NCBI GenBank assembly: GCA_044356095.1
Contig: JBIKWX010000001.1
Span: 1-37,307 of the forward strand
Reading direction: 5' to 3'
DNA length: 37,307 bases
Source: Roseomonas sp.
GTDB lineage: Bacteria; Pseudomonadota; Alphaproteobacteria; Acetobacterales; Acetobacteraceae
Below the pieces are notes generated by a model. It made no database searches, was not told the DNA's origin, and saw only the letters and a program-made list of their open reading frames with translations. The translations under genes were made by a program, and so were the position numbers. This document shows positions 35,710 through 37,307 of this stretch, piece by piece (position 1 is the stretch's first letter; each line of letters begins with the position of its first letter).

Positions 35710-36497
35710 AGTCAGGGGGGTTGGTGCGCGCGGTGATGCTGGCGGGCTTCCTGTTCCTGTGGCTGCCCATCCTGCTGCTGGTGGGTTTTGCCTTCAGCGC
35801 GGATCGCATCCCCTTCCAATGGGGCGGGTTTTCGCTGCGTTGGTTCGGCGCGCTGGCCGGCAATGAAAGGCTGCTGGAAGCGGCCTTTCTGTCGCTTCGC
35901 ATCGCGGCTGCCAGCGCGACGCTGGCGGTGTTGGCGGGCGGCGGCATTGCCTTTGCGCTGGCGCGGTTTGGGCCTTTTCGCGGGCGGGCGCTGTTCGGCG
36001 CGCTGATTGGTGCGCCGCTAGTGCTGCCGGAAGTCGTGATCGGCCTGTCGCTTTTGCTGCTTTTCGTTGCCCTGGAAGGGCTCATCGGTTGGCCCGCCGG
36101 GCGCGGCGCCTTCACCATCCTGCTGGCCCATGCCGGCTTTGGCGCGGCCTATGTCGCGGTGGTGGTGCAGGCGCGCCTGGCCGAGGCCGAGCGCAGCCTG
36201 GAAGAAGCCGCGATGGATTTGGGCGCCACACCCTTTATCGCCTTCCGCACCATCACCCTGCCCTTGATCGCGCCTGCCCTGGTGGCGGGCTGGTTGCTCG
36301 CCTTCACGCTGTCGCTGGATGATGTGGTGATCGCGTCCTTCGTATCAGGCCCGGCGGGGACCACGCTGCCGATTGCGCTATTTTCCATGCTGCGCCTTGG
36401 CCTGACGCCGGAGGTGAATGCGCTCGGCGCCCTGGTGGTGCTGGGGGTGGGCAGCATGTTGGCCCTGGCGCTGTGGCTGCTGGGGCGCCGGGTATGA
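35706..36497 (+). CDS. potI: Polyamine ABC transporter permease
   Basis: GFSLRWF, PLVLPEVVIG, LEEAAMDLGA, FTLSLDDVVIASF. Confidence 0.87.
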   Translation: MKSGGLVRAVMLAGFLFLWLPILLLVGFAFSADRIPFQWGGFSLRWFGALAGNERLLEAAFLSLRIAAASATLAVLAGGGIAFALARFGPFRGRALFGALIGAPLVLPEVVIGLSLLLLFVALEGLIGWPAGRGAFTILLAHAGFGAAYVAVVVQARLAEAERSLEEAAMDLGATPFIAFRTITLPLIAPALVAGWLLAFTLSLDDVVIASFVSGPAGTTLPIALFSMLRLGLTPEVNALGALVVLGVGSMLALALWLLGRRV

Positions 36498-36542
36498 GGG
36501 CCCGCCATGATTCGGCCCTGTCTTTTGGGGTATAAGCCCCTT

Positions 36543-36908
36543 ATGCGCGCCTTGCCCCTCGCCCTTTTGCTGCTGCTGACCGCCTGTGCCGAGCGCTGGG
36601 AAAAGCCCGGCGCGACCGAGGCCGATTCTGACGCCGCGCAAGCCACCTGCACCGCCCAGGCGGCTGAGGAAATCAAACCCGCCATGGTCTGGATGCAGGT
36701 CCAGCCCGCCTATTGGGAACCAGGCGAGACCCGCTGCTGGACCAGCCCCAATGGGGTCACGAATTGTACCCGTCGCCCACCCAGGCTGCGCCCACCGATC
36801 TATGATTGGGTGGATGTGAATATCCCGATCCGCCAGGAAGCCCGCGCCAAATGTCTGAATGAACAGGGCTTCACCTATAAGGGGCTACGCCCGCTGCGGC
36901 TTTTTTAG
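36543..36908 (+). CDS. Hypothetical lipoprotein
   Basis: MRALPLALLLLLTAC lipobox; WEKPGAT..D...C, internal C-x8-C and C....G(F/Y) end. Confidence 0.75.
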   Translation: MRALPLALLLLLTACAERWEKPGATEADSDAAQATCTAQAAEEIKPAMVWMQVQPAYWEPGETRCWTSPNGVTNCTRRPPRLRPPIYDWVDVNIPIRQEARAKCLNEQGFTYKGLRPLRLF

Positions 36909-36945
36909 GCAGTCCTGGGTTGATGCAATGGGGGCATCGGATTAG

Positions 36946-37307
<362 letters not shown>

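Overview
GC-rich alphaproteobacterial chromosomal segment; gene content and style suggest Acetobacteraceae/Roseomonas-like (inference). About 42 genes, mostly housekeeping: partial PTP-type phosphatase, Bug/TctC binding protein, MarR-OmpR-EnvZ-like operon, phaB, YciI/AhpD pair, BI-1/YccA, deaminase, ybbP-ybbA/tesA, thpR, a complete acpXL-lpxXL lipid A very-long-chain fatty acid cluster, MaoC-Pta fusion, DUF3576, TPR-glycosyltransferase, potFGHI-like transporter and a partial aspartate aminotransferase. Three regions stand out. (1) The 4.3-4.95 kb interval holds an unannotated sRNA-like unit (CUCCUCCU seed plus terminator) next to an FNR/FixK box, and a probably leaderless 15-aa Ala-tailed uORF whose downstream sequence can sequester the start of a small ACT-like gene. 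(2) An 8-gene copper-acquisition operon (13.45-20.1 kb) is led by a CxxC/RAPP DUF2946 (CruR-like) uORF that unusually reads into the TonB-dependent receptor gene. It also has YcnI, PCuAC, two unknown proteins and an MbnP/MbnH pair with foreign-looking codon usage. (3) An isolated 3-gene phage fibre/spike-like cassette (29.4-32.5 kb) has its own TTGACA promoter overlapped by operator-like palindromes, with no other phage genes around it. No rRNA, tRNA, CRISPR array, transposase or integrase was recognised. All family assignments are from motif recognition, not database searches.
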